The notes under the pieces: model-generated
Seen by the model: the letters and a program-made list of their open reading frames with translations, nothing else
Told to the model about the DNA's origin: nothing
The model's database searches: none
Origin: a candidate division WWE3 bacterium
Lineage (GTDB): Bacteria; Patescibacteriota; WWE3; UBA101185; UBA10185
Direction: 5' to 3'
NCBI GenBank assembly: GCA_052035175.1
Contig: JBPOHV010000001.1
Span: 703,771-767,770 of the forward strand
Length of the DNA: 64,000 nt
In this document: one piece after another, positions 20,249 through 29,806 of the stretch
Layout: the number at the start of each line of letters is the position of its first letter
Position numbering within the stretch: position 1 is the stretch's first letter
Translations under genes and position numbers: made by a program

Positions 20249-21012
20249 GCTTTATCCTCCTTAACTTCTTCTTTTACTACTGTTGGTTCAATTTTACTCT
20301 TTTGTAAATTCTTTTCATACTCTGTATAACCACTCAAAATTGCATCTGCAATAGGTCTAACCATAGTAGCTATAGACATTATCGCGTCATCATTTCCAGG
20401 AATAGCGTAAGTAATATCGCGTGGGTCAGAGTTTGTATCTATAATAGCAACAACAGGTAAACCAAACACCAAAGCCTCACGAATTGCAGTACGTTCTCTT
20501 TTGGCATCAATTACAAATAAGACCTGAGGTTTATCGTCTAGACCTACAAGACCGCCGATTACATCATCAAGCTTTGCAATTTCTTTATCTAGCAATAATT
20601 TTTCTTTTTTAGTGTAATGAGAAAATTCACCAGTTTCTCTGTCTTTAACAAAACGTAAATATTTGTTTATATTATTTTTGATTTCACCAAAATTGGTAAT
20701 AGTTCCACCAAGCCATCTTTCTTTTACAAATTTGGCTCCGCAACGAAGGGCTTCAGATTTAACAACGTCTTTTGCTTGTTTCTTTGTACCTACAAAAACT
20801 ATTTTCTTGCCTTCTTTTGCTGCTTCGTATAAGAACTCACAAGCTACTTCCAAAGAATCTCTTGTTGTTTCCAAATCGATGATATGAATATCCTTTTTGA
20901 CTGTGTAAATGTACTTTTCCATGGCTGGATGCCATTTACGCACTTGATGCCCAAAATGAACACCTGCATCAAATAATTCTTGTATTGTTGGTAATGTATA
21001 TTTTTTTGACAT
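20245..21012 (-). CDS. rpsB: 30S ribosomal protein S2
   Basis: AGVHFGH, FVGTKKQA, RWLGGTITN, PGNDDA. Confidence 0.97.
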   Translation of the reverse strand: MSKKYTLPTIQELFDAGVHFGHQVRKWHPAMEKYIYTVKKDIHIIDLETTRDSLEVACEFLYEAAKEGKKIVFVGTKKQAKDVVKSEALRCGAKFVKERWLGGTITNFGEIKNNINKYLRFVKDRETGEFSHYTKKEKLLLDKEIAKLDDVIGGLVGLDDKPQVLFVIDAKRERTAIREALVFGLPVVAIIDTNSDPRDITYAIPGNDDAIMSIATMVRPIADAILSGYTEYEKNLQKSKIEPTVVKEEVKEDKA

Positions 21013-21037
21013 ATAAACTAGTTAATCTTTTATTATT

Positions 21038-21115
21038 GGGTTCGGCTTCTATTCTAAATCTAAAAACATGAGCTATGAACCCTCACTTGCACCCCAAACG
21101 GGAGATTATTGCAAG
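21038..21115 (-). promoter_or_regulatory. Structured rpsB 5' leader (possible S2 autoregulatory element)
   Basis: Minus-strand stems CTTGCA/TGCAAG and GGGTTC/GAACCC directly upstream of rpsB. Confidence 0.4.
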
Positions 21116-21174
21116 ACACTGTGTAAATTAACATAGAGAAAGCTATATGTCTAGAGAGTTATGGGAGTTATGGA

Positions 21175-21385
21175 GGGTCAGTCCCACCCAAGGACTGACC
21201 TTTATAGCATCTGTGCCAAAATGAAAGTTGTAAAACCAAGATAAAATAGACATTCTAATCGATTTTACAAAGATCGCATACTAAATTTTATAGAAATAAC
21301 GTGTAAAGTTACAGTAAATGTTGTTAGTATAGGTAATTGTAAGTACAGATGTTAGATAGGTACAGTACTTTTGAAGGACAGATCT
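21175..21385. mobile_element. MITE-like element, copy 1, with 11-5-11 palindromic ends
   Basis: Ends GGGTCAGTCCC-accca-AGGACTGACCT and GGTACAGTACT-tttga-AGGACAGATCT; interior shares blocks with copy 2. Confidence 0.7.
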
Positions 21386-23488
21386 TTATTCGTCAACCAC
21401 TACAGGAAGCGGATTCTTCCAAGAAGAATAATCGCAATCTGGATATTTGCTGCACCCATAAAACACTCGCCCCTTGGCTTTTTTGATAATGACATCACCT
21501 TCACTGCATTTTGGACACTTCATACCGATTTTTTCTAAATACGGCTTTGTAGTTTTGCATTTTGGATAATTGCTACAAGCCAAAAACTTTCCAAATCTGC
21601 CAGCTTTCAATACAAAAATACCGTCTGCACATTGATCACACTTACCAAAGTCTTCTTTTTCTTCCTCGGCTGTTTGATCTATAGGCCTTGCATAGTTACA
21701 AGCAGGATAATTTGAACAACTAATAAATTTACCAAACTTACCCAGCTTGAATATAAGATCGCTTCCGCAGTCTGGACATTTTTCTCCAACTGGGCCCAAA
21801 TTTGTAACGTCTCGTTTTGATAGCTTAGACTCCCCTTCTTCAACTTCTTTTTCAAAAGGAAGATAAAAATCTCTAATCATTGGTACCCATTCGGCTTTAC
21901 CTTCGGCTATATCATCGAGCTTTTCTTCCATTTCTGCAGTGAATGTATAATCTACAATGCCCGGAAAATGCTCTACCAACAAGTCTATAACTACATAAGC
22001 CACATCTGCAGGAAAGTAATAACGGCCTTCTTTTATTATGTAGCCTCTATTTTTTATATTAGAAATAGTAGGTGCATATGTAGAAGGTCTTCCAATACCA
22101 AGTTCTTCTAGCTTTTTGATCAAAGACGCGTCTGAATATCTGGCTGGTGGCTGTGTAAAATGTTGATCCTTTTGAGTAGACAACAAATCTAATACATCGC
22201 CTTCGTTCAAATCTGCCGGTAATTCTTTGTCTGAAGATTCATTTTCCAATCCCAAGTCTCTCTTTACTTTCAACCAACCATCAAATTGCATGATTGAACC
22301 ACTTGTTTTGAGTTGGTAGCCTTTTTTTGAAGCTACTATAATAATCGTTTGCTCGTATTGTGACGACGTCATTTGGCTAGATAATGCTTGTGAATATATC
22401 AATGCATAAACATTTTCTTCTTCTTGAGTCTTCAACATAGTTGGAACAAAAGTAAGGTCTGTAGGTCTTATAGCTTCGTGAGCTTCTTGTGCATTCTTTG
22501 ACTTTGTTTCATATGCGATTGCTTGTGCTGGTAAATATTTATCGCCATATGACTTTTTGATAAATTTTCGAGCTTGATCTATAAATTGAGGAGATAAATT
22601 TGAAGAATCTGTTCTGTGATATGTAATATGGCCTTTTTCAAATAACTTTTGAGCTGCGCTCATAGTTTTTTGAGCCGGGTATCCAAATATATTCGCAGCT
22701 GCTTGTTGCAATGTAGATGTACGATAAGGAGCAGATGGGTTGCGTTCTCTACTAGATTTTTTAATCTCTAAAATAGCAAATTCGTCTGATTTCAGATCAT
22801 TTTCTATTTTCAAAGCTTGCTTATCGCTTTGTATTTCTAAGGGTTTACCTTCAAATTTATCTAAGTCTGAAGTAAATTGTGCTTTTTTGTTATTTTTAAA
22901 GTCTGCAGTTATGCTCCAATACTCATCTGCTTTAAATGCATTGCGTTCGCGTTCTCTTTCTACTATCAATCGCACAGCTACGCTTTGAACCCTTCCTGCA
23001 GAAAGGCCGTATCGCACCTTTTTCCAAAGTAATGGGGACAATTTATATCCTACTAATCTATCTAATATACGCCTAGCCTGCTGAGCATCTACTAATGCAG
23101 TGTTTAAAGTGCTTGGATGAGCAAATGCTTCTTCTACTGCTGTTTGAGTAAGTTCATGAAATACTACTCTGGAAAATTCGTGTTTATCCTTCTTATGAGT
23201 AAGTAAATGCTTCAGATGCCACGCTATGGCTTCCCCCTCGCGATCTGGATCAGTCGCTAATATTATGTTGTCAGCTGTTTTGGCTTCTTTTTTCAAAAGG
23301 TTAATAGTTTTTGTGGCTTTTTCGGGCACTACATACTCTGGTGTGAAATCTTTTTCTATATCTACACCCAAACCACTTTTTGGCAAATCTCTAATATGCC
23401 CCATCGAGGCTTCTATTTTATATTTTTTGCCTAAGATTTTGGTAAGTGTCTTGGCTTTTGTTGGCGATTCGACTATGACTAAGTCCAT
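21386..23488 (-). CDS. topA: DNA topoisomerase I
   Basis: LVIVESPTKAKT, ATDPDREGE, SAGRVQ, ITYHRTDS, C-terminal Zn ribbons; true start 23488 (MDLVIVES). Confidence 0.97.
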   Translation of the reverse strand: MDLVIVESPTKAKTLTKILGKKYKIEASMGHIRDLPKSGLGVDIEKDFTPEYVVPEKATKTINLLKKEAKTADNIILATDPDREGEAIAWHLKHLLTHKKDKHEFSRVVFHELTQTAVEEAFAHPSTLNTALVDAQQARRILDRLVGYKLSPLLWKKVRYGLSAGRVQSVAVRLIVERERERNAFKADEYWSITADFKNNKKAQFTSDLDKFEGKPLEIQSDKQALKIENDLKSDEFAILEIKKSSRERNPSAPYRTSTLQQAAANIFGYPAQKTMSAAQKLFEKGHITYHRTDSSNLSPQFIDQARKFIKKSYGDKYLPAQAIAYETKSKNAQEAHEAIRPTDLTFVPTMLKTQEEENVYALIYSQALSSQMTSSQYEQTIIIVASKKGYQLKTSGSIMQFDGWLKVKRDLGLENESSDKELPADLNEGDVLDLLSTQKDQHFTQPPARYSDASLIKKLEELGIGRPSTYAPTISNIKNRGYIIKEGRYYFPADVAYVVIDLLVEHFPGIVDYTFTAEMEEKLDDIAEGKAEWVPMIRDFYLPFEKEVEEGESKLSKRDVTNLGPVGEKCPDCGSDLIFKLGKFGKFISCSNYPACNYARPIDQTAEEEKEDFGKCDQCADGIFVLKAGRFGKFLACSNYPKCKTTKPYLEKIGMKCPKCSEGDVIIKKAKGRVFYGCSKYPDCDYSSWKNPLPVVVDE

Positions 23489-23514
23489 GATTGCAAGGAT
23501 ACCACACAGAGACA

Positions 23515-23727
23515 GGGTCAGTCCCCTTCGGGGACAGACCCTACCCAGATGTGTACCAAAACAAACCTTATAAATACAACCAAAAATGACTAGAAGGTGC
23601 ATATCCACCAAAGATCGCACCGCAAATCCGGAAAACTTTTCAACATAAAACAACGCATATCCGTATAGCTATAATAAAGCCACGGTACAGGAGTTAACCA
23701 AGTACAGTACTTCTGAAGGACAGATCC
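23515..23727. mobile_element. MITE-like element, copy 2, with 11-5-11 palindromic ends
   Basis: Ends GGGTCAGTCCC-cttcg-GGGACAGACCC and AGTACAGTACT-tctga-AGGACAGATCC; 213 bp against 211 bp for copy 1; shares CAAAGATCGCA. Confidence 0.7.
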
Positions 23728-23893
23728 TCACTTAGTCCCGTACCTACAACTTAGAATGGCGGTCGCGTATGTATAAAACTATTGACAAAACCTATGATAC
23801 CTGATATATTATCTATCGTTAATACCCAAACATCGGCATATCTCCCATACCGGGAAAAACAAAAATATGCCTAACAATTCAAGGAGAAATCTC

Positions 23894-24280
23894 ATGTTCA
23901 AAAAAATTGCCCCCTACCTCGCCTTACTGTTACTGGTCCTCGCAAGCCTGGCTTGCGGACTGGGCAACCCCCAAAAGATTGGGGGGACGACCGACGGACT
24001 TTCGGGGCAATCCCCCACGGCGGAAGCCGTAGAGGCACCAACTGAAAGCCAGACGGGCACTATGCCCGCGATGGTCATCGGTACTCAACCAAAAACCTTG
24101 GCTGAATTCCGAAGCTGCAACAAAACACTTGTCGATTGGCAAGCCCTCAAAAACACCTCAACCCTAACCGACATGGCTACCCCATGCCGAGTTGCCGCCT
24201 GGCAGGGCATTGAGGTTGATGGGGTCGTCTACGATCCCACCACTGAAGAGGGCTTTAATGCCCTCTCGGCGATGCCCTAA
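23894..24280 (+). CDS. GC-rich putative lipoprotein
   Basis: AAGGAG SD; MFKK-hydrophobic-ASLAC lipobox; own TTGACA-17-TATATT promoter. Confidence 0.75.
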   Translation: MFKKIAPYLALLLLVLASLACGLGNPQKIGGTTDGLSGQSPTAEAVEAPTESQTGTMPAMVIGTQPKTLAEFRSCNKTLVDWQALKNTSTLTDMATPCRVAAWQGIEVDGVVYDPTTEEGFNALSAMP

Positions 24281-24287
24281 GGGCATC

Positions 24288-24373
24288 ACAAAGCCGCCAT
24301 CTGGCGAAAAGGAAAAGTCTATCGAGCTTCGGCTTGATAATCAACTTTATCTTTTCCCACTGGCGGCTTTTGT
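24288..24373. terminator. Long hairpin between convergent genes
   Basis: AAAGCCGCCA...TGGCGGCTTT outer stem with nested inner stems. Confidence 0.6.
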
Positions 24374-24397
24374 CGTTCTATAGGTAGTTTCTAGTAA

Positions 24398-26242
24398 CTA
24401 ATACCCCTGTTTCTCAAACCACAAGTCCATCAACTTCCTCGCTATTGGAGCAGCGTCGTCAGCTCCTCCACCACCACCTTCTATAAAAACAGTCAAAACT
24501 ATTGGTTTAACATTGTCTTTTACTTCTAAAGGACCAAAAACAGTAAATAACGCGTGTGTACCGTATTCGCCATTTGGCTTGTAATACTCAGATGTACCAG
24601 TTTTCCCAGCTATCTCTAAACCTTTATGCTTATCAGCAAAATCAAAAAAAGGATACCCTGTACCTCCGGGGCTGACAGCTAGCTTTAAACCATCCCTTAC
24701 AATAGCAAGCGTCTGATCATCGACAAAGCCTTGCGACTGAATTTGTGAAGTATGCTCAGGCTCGCCTTCAATTTCATTTACGACTCGAGGTACAAAAATC
24801 TTACCTTGAGATGCAAAAAGGCTTGTAGCCTGGTTTACCTGCAAAATAGTGCCCAAGACGTCACCTTGCCCTATCGAAGTAATATAAGTATCTCCCAAAT
24901 ACCAAGCTCGTGATTTACCATCAGGAAAATAGCCTGCAACCTCACCATTGAGGTCTATCCCAGTTTTTTGACCAAAGCCAAACAATGTTGCCCATTTGTT
25001 TATTTTATTTATTCCTAAGCCACCAACACCGTTGTATCCCCCACCCATTGTATAAAAATAAGTATCATTGCTTACTTGCAAGGCTTTGAATAAATCTACA
25101 TCGCCATGACCATCTAATTTCCAATTTTTAAAAGTCGACCCACCTATACTTATAAAACCTGGATCAAATATTTGATATTTTTCTGAAACTAATTTTTCCA
25201 TCAAAATTGCACTTGCCATAACCATTTTAAAAGTTGAACCAGGTGGATACACAGCAGCTATTACACGATTAAAAAATGGAAATCGTTCATCAGTATTTAA
25301 CTTTGATAACTCTTCTGGAGAAATATTGTTAGACATTTTGGTTGGGTCGAATGAAGGATAGCTAACCATAGCCAAAACACCGCCAGTTGTCGGATCTTGC
25401 GCAATAATCGCACCTCCTGTTGATTTTGCTTCTGGGTCGTCTAATTTGGTTTTTAATAAATCGTACGCTAAAACTTGAAGATCTTTGTCTAAATAAGTTT
25501 TGAGATTGCGACCAGCAAATGCATCGCGCTTGTCTATTTGCTTAAAGTGACCACCCAAAGAATCTGATTCGACAATTTGCGAACCTGGAATACCAGATAA
25601 ATACTTATTATAAAATTGTTCTACTCCAGTTTTACCTACAATTACAGGAGATAAACTGTCAGACAAGCCCACATACCCTAATACGTGCGCAAAAGCTTCA
25701 CCATAAGGGTATTCGCGAACTGGAAAAGAGCTTATAGAAATACTAGAAAACTTATCGATATTTGAATCGATAGGCAAGATTTGCTCTTTTGACAAACCAG
25801 AGAGTATCAAAATATTTGTGTTATTTTTGTTTATTTCTTCTATTATTTTTGTATCGTCAAAAGGAATTAGTTTTTTTAATGTCTCTACTTCAACAAAACA
25901 TTTATCAAATTTTCCAGCAGCATCGACGCATAATCTTGTATTCATTTGTATACTAAAGGCTGGCTTGTTTCTGGCCAAAATCTCGCCATTTCTATCAAAA
26001 ATAGCACCGCGTTCTGCAGGAATAACAAATTCTAGAAATCTATTGTCATCAGACAAATTCTTGTATTTATAATAATCTACAACTTGCAACTGGACACTTC
26101 TAAAAATAAAAAGACAAATGAAAGCAACAACAGATACCGATAAAAACACCAAGAGTCGTTTTTTAGATATTTCATCTACACTAAACTTTTTGTCTTTGGG
26201 AGTATAAAAAGGTACAAAGTCAAAAACCTGATCCTCATTCAT
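24398..26242 (-). CDS. mrdA: Penicillin-binding protein 2
   Basis: PAERGAIFDRNG, PPGSTFK (SxxK), SND, KTGT; lies in the mre operon. Confidence 0.93.
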   Translation of the reverse strand: MNEDQVFDFVPFYTPKDKKFSVDEISKKRLLVFLSVSVVAFICLFIFRSVQLQVVDYYKYKNLSDDNRFLEFVIPAERGAIFDRNGEILARNKPAFSIQMNTRLCVDAAGKFDKCFVEVETLKKLIPFDDTKIIEEINKNNTNILILSGLSKEQILPIDSNIDKFSSISISSFPVREYPYGEAFAHVLGYVGLSDSLSPVIVGKTGVEQFYNKYLSGIPGSQIVESDSLGGHFKQIDKRDAFAGRNLKTYLDKDLQVLAYDLLKTKLDDPEAKSTGGAIIAQDPTTGGVLAMVSYPSFDPTKMSNNISPEELSKLNTDERFPFFNRVIAAVYPPGSTFKMVMASAILMEKLVSEKYQIFDPGFISIGGSTFKNWKLDGHGDVDLFKALQVSNDTYFYTMGGGYNGVGGLGINKINKWATLFGFGQKTGIDLNGEVAGYFPDGKSRAWYLGDTYITSIGQGDVLGTILQVNQATSLFASQGKIFVPRVVNEIEGEPEHTSQIQSQGFVDDQTLAIVRDGLKLAVSPGGTGYPFFDFADKHKGLEIAGKTGTSEYYKPNGEYGTHALFTVFGPLEVKDNVKPIVLTVFIEGGGGGADDAAPIARKLMDLWFEKQGY

Positions 26243-26693
26243 ATGCAGTATACCTTTTTAAACCTCGGCGTAATGCCAAATAGCACACCGATGCATATAC
26301 CACGCTCAGTATTGACCCAATTAGAATATATATATTCCAAAAACTATAGTTATAAATAAGCGATTTCATCAGTATTAAAAGTAAACAAAAAATAACTAGC
26401 ATTGTCGGAATATTCTTGATAAATCTCATGTACAAAAAACTCAAAATAAAGATTAATAGGACATAAATAAACGCTGTGAAACCTATAATACGCATGTCAA
26501 AAAAATCGATAAATAAACCACCACAAAAAGCTGAAAAAAACGCTAACCTGATATTTCCAAGTAATAAAAATGCAAAAGCGAGACTCAATGTAATAGTAGG
26601 ATTACCTGCTACACCAAAAAGCTCATAAAAAAATGATTTTTCCAAAACACTCGATATTAATAAAACAAAGAAAACTGTAATATATTTTTTCAT
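26235..26693 (-). CDS. mreD: Rod shape-determining protein MreD
   Basis: Polytopic membrane protein with GGLFID, between mreC and mrdA. Confidence 0.8.
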   Translation of the reverse strand: MKKYITVFFVLLISSVLEKSFFYELFGVAGNPTITLSLAFAFLLLGNIRLAFFSAFCGGLFIDFFDMRIIGFTAFIYVLLIFILSFLYMRFIKNIPTMLVIFCLLLILMKSLIYNYSFWNIYILIGSILSVVYASVCYLALRRGLKRYTAYE

Positions 26694-27469
26694 AATGACT
26701 TTAATACGAAAACTTTTGTAATTTCTGAAATATTGTAATCCAACTTTAAAATAGCTGATTTCAAAGTGTCTGAAGGAGAAGATTCGATAGAAACAACAGT
26801 GCCCAAAATCAATCCGGGAATAAACTTACCATCGCGACCAGACGTAACGATTACATCTGAGATATTTAACACTTCACTTTGTAATATCTTTTCTAAAGCC
26901 AACGATGTGCCATATTTTCCTTTTACAATGCCTTCTACATGGAAATCAGAACTTTGACTAAATGCTGTAGCACTAAAATCTGGAGAAGTTACCAAACGAA
27001 CTTTTGATCTAAATTGTGTTGCTTCTATTACATCACCCACCAAATACTTCTGTATCACAACACTATCCCCTACTGTTACAGCATCGGCTAGACCTTTATT
27101 TATAAAAATTGTACCGCCAGAAATATCTTCTGGGTTACCCAATACATCTGCCAGTATAAACATAGGAGTATTTACACTTTCTATTTTGATATTTAACTGA
27201 CTCTTAAGAAATTCATTTTCTTGCTTATATTGTAAATACTGAGAGATACGAGAATTTAGAACAAGTATCTCTTGCTTATTAGCCTCGTAATCTTTATAAA
27301 TCGATTTTAAATGAAAATAAAAGCTTACAGAATCCTTGAGATTCTTGGCTGAAGACGACAAGCCATATTGCACAGGCGACATGATATACAAAAAACCATC
27401 TCTAACTCCATTTAACAAGCCAAAAAAACCTAACAAAAAGACTATAAATGCAAATAAAAGTACCTTCAC
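26690..27469 (-). CDS. mreC: Rod shape-determining protein MreC
   Basis: TM and coiled coil (ENEFLK), INKG, VTSG..GKFIPGLILG. Confidence 0.92.
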   Translation of the reverse strand: MKVLLFAFIVFLLGFFGLLNGVRDGFLYIMSPVQYGLSSSAKNLKDSVSFYFHLKSIYKDYEANKQEILVLNSRISQYLQYKQENEFLKSQLNIKIESVNTPMFILADVLGNPEDISGGTIFINKGLADAVTVGDSVVIQKYLVGDVIEATQFRSKVRLVTSPDFSATAFSQSSDFHVEGIVKGKYGTSLALEKILQSEVLNISDVIVTSGRDGKFIPGLILGTVVSIESSPSDTLKSAILKLDYNISEITKVFVLKSL

Positions 27470-27509
27470 AATCAGATTTTACAATTAGATGTACAACAAA
27501 CCAAATAAA

Positions 27510-28547
27510 TCAAATTTTTACTGTATTCAAAAGCTTTTGATCGTCTAGTACTTTGCCACAACCGCGCACTACACAAGTTATCGGATCTTTTGAAATATTG
27601 ACTGGAACACGCAATTCTTCTGATAACAATTTATCAAGGCCGCGCAACAAAGAAGTGCCCCCAGCAAGAACTATGCCATCACGAACTATGTCAGTCATCA
27701 AATCTGCCGGAGTTTCTTCTATTGCATCTTTTATACCATCGATAATTATATTTAAAGGTTGACGTAATGCTGCTCTGATTTCAGCAGATGAAACTTCTAC
27801 TGCACGCGGTAAACCAGACTTCAAATCACGCCCTCTTAAAGTGGCGGTATGCTTATCTTCGTTTGGAAATGGATAAACGTTGCCGATTAAAAATTTTATT
27901 TCTTCCGCAGTACGTTCACCCAATAATAAGTTGTGTTGATTCTTGGCAAAATTAACTATTTCCACATCAAACTCATCCCCTGCTACGCGTATTGATTTAT
28001 TTACTACTAAACCTCCAAGTGAAATAACGGCTATTTCACTTGTACCTCCTCCCATATCTACGATCATGGCTCCATTTGGTTGTGTAACATCGATACCCGA
28101 GCCAATGGCGGCAGCCATTGGCTCGTACAATAGATGCACTTCACGTGCACCTGCATTCTTCGCAGCATCAACAACTGCCTTACGTTCAACCGAAGTAGCC
28201 CCAGAAGGAATACCTATTACAACACGTGGCTTTGGGATACGTGGGAATTTTGTTGGCGTGTCGTGTATTTGCTTTATAAAATAAGAAATCATCTTTTGAG
28301 CCGCATTAAAGTCTGAAATAACTCCATCGCGCAAAGGTCTAATTGCCTCGATGTTCGCAGGAGTTTTACCAAGCATTTTTTTTGCCTCATATCCTACTGC
28401 CAATACCTCACGCGACTTTTTCATCACTGCAACAACGCTAGGTTCACGTATTATTATCCCTTTTCCTTTGACGTACACCAATGTATTGGCTGTACCCAAA
28501 TCTATGCCTATATCATATGAAAAATATTGCAGCAATGAGCTAAACAT
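27510..28547 (-). CDS. mreB: Rod shape-determining protein MreB
   Basis: GIDLGTANT, RPLRDGVI, EPMAAAIG, DMGGGTSE. Confidence 0.98.
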   Translation of the reverse strand: MFSSLLQYFSYDIGIDLGTANTLVYVKGKGIIIREPSVVAVMKKSREVLAVGYEAKKMLGKTPANIEAIRPLRDGVISDFNAAQKMISYFIKQIHDTPTKFPRIPKPRVVIGIPSGATSVERKAVVDAAKNAGAREVHLLYEPMAAAIGSGIDVTQPNGAMIVDMGGGTSEIAVISLGGLVVNKSIRVAGDEFDVEIVNFAKNQHNLLLGERTAEEIKFLIGNVYPFPNEDKHTATLRGRDLKSGLPRAVEVSSAEIRAALRQPLNIIIDGIKDAIEETPADLMTDIVRDGIVLAGGTSLLRGLDKLLSEELRVPVNISKDPITCVVRGCGKVLDDQKLLNTVKI

Positions 28548-28578
28548 ATCAGGATGATATTACCACAGAGACTATGCA

Positions 28579-29265
28579 AGATCTGTCCTTCATAAGTACA
28601 GTACTTTCTAATATCGTTAGAATATACTCCCTTACTTTTTGTACATAAAAAGTTTATTTTTACGGTGTGCCTGAGAGAAACTCAATCAAACAATACATAT
28701 CAAATGGTACATATCATGTTTATAATCGCGGCAATGATAAACAAACAATATTTAATGATGATGAAGACTATAGATATTTCTTGCACTTACTGGCGGCATA
28801 TTTAACTAAACCAAATCATTTCCAAGAAATCAAAACAAGGTCCTTTTATAAAAAAATAAAACTTCATGCCTACTGCTTAATGCCAAACCATTTTCACTTA
28901 CTGCTAACTCAAAAAAGACGCATGGACATGGCAAAGTTTATAAAGTGTTTATCAACCAGATATACGCTATACGTAAATAAGAAATACAAAAAGACTGGAC
29001 ATCTGTATCAAGGAAGGTATAAAGCGCGCCTAATTACTTCTGATGCGGACTTTATGAACACAAGCAAATATATACATCGCAATCCGACAGATATTCCAGC
29101 AAAACTAGAATCTTATCAATATTCTAGTTTAGGGACATATCTCAGTAAACATCGTACACATAGTTTTCTCTACCACAAAGATATTTACAAGTATTTCAAT
29201 AACAATACACATGAATATAAAGCGTACATATTTCTAGAGGATCAGATCTTGGAAAGGACTGATCT
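28579..29265 (+). mobile_element. RAYT-type HUH element bounded by 11-5-11 palindromic ends
   Basis: Left end AGATCTGTCCT-tcata-AGTACAGTACT (28579-28605); right end GGATCAGATCT-tggaa-AGGACTGATCT (29239-29265). Confidence 0.75.
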
Positions 29266-29272
29266 GCTATAA
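28667..29272 (+). CDS. REP-associated tyrosine transposase (Y1 HUH, IS200-like superfamily)
   Basis: YHVYNRG, AYCLMPNHFHLL (HUH), GHLYQGRYK, YIHRNP (catalytic Tyr), YSS. Confidence 0.9.
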   Translation: MPERNSIKQYISNGTYHVYNRGNDKQTIFNDDEDYRYFLHLLAAYLTKPNHFQEIKTRSFYKKIKLHAYCLMPNHFHLLLTQKRRMDMAKFIKCLSTRYTLYVNKKYKKTGHLYQGRYKARLITSDADFMNTSKYIHRNPTDIPAKLESYQYSSLGTYLSKHRTHSFLYHKDIYKYFNNNTHEYKAYIFLEDQILERTDLL

Positions 29273-29279
29273 TCTCCAC

Positions 29280-29804
29280 ATGGCCGTTGTACCTATAGTC
29301 AAATACCCACATAGAAAGCTTACTCAAAAGTGTGTTCCAGCGGTTGGATTTGGAGAAGAAACAAAAGAAATTATAAAAGACTTAATAGATACATTAGAAG
29401 CCGCGAAAAATCCTGAAGGGGCTGGCCTGAGTGCACCTCAAATAGGTGCCCTCAAAAGAATCTGTGTAGTCAAAAAATTTCTTAGCAAAAAAGAAAACGG
29501 CGATAAAGAATATAAAAACATAGTATTAGTCAACCCTGTTATTACTAAAGTCTCTAAACAAACGAGCATAGATTGGGAAGGCTGTTTGAGTATTGATGAT
29601 ACATATGGACAAGTTGAAAGACCTCAAAAAGTACGTCTAACTTCATACGACGACAAAGGAAATATAATAAAAGTTGACGCATCGGGCTTTCTTGCACGAG
29701 TTATTCAACACGAGATCGACCATTTAAATGGCGTACTCTTTACTAGCAAAGTAATTGGGAAAACGTTAACTGAAAAAGAACTAGATAGTATGTATAGTAA
29801 ATAA
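29280..29804 (+). CDS. def: Peptide deformylase
   Basis: GAGLSAPQIG, EGCLS, QHEIDHLNG. Confidence 0.97.
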   Translation: MAVVPIVKYPHRKLTQKCVPAVGFGEETKEIIKDLIDTLEAAKNPEGAGLSAPQIGALKRICVVKKFLSKKENGDKEYKNIVLVNPVITKVSKQTSIDWEGCLSIDDTYGQVERPQKVRLTSYDDKGNIIKVDASGFLARVIQHEIDHLNGVLFTSKVIGKTLTEKELDSMYSK

Positions 29805-29806
29805 AC

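Noticed and set aside
23489-23653. 55-aa N-terminal extension of TopA
   Set aside because: It runs through the MITE-like element; TopA homology starts at MDLVIVES, which has its own leaderless -10
11053-29265. 11-5-11 sites as Xer dif sites
   Set aside because: dif is 11-6-11 with a TTATGTTAAAT-like XerD arm; the spacing and sequence differ, and these are multicopy
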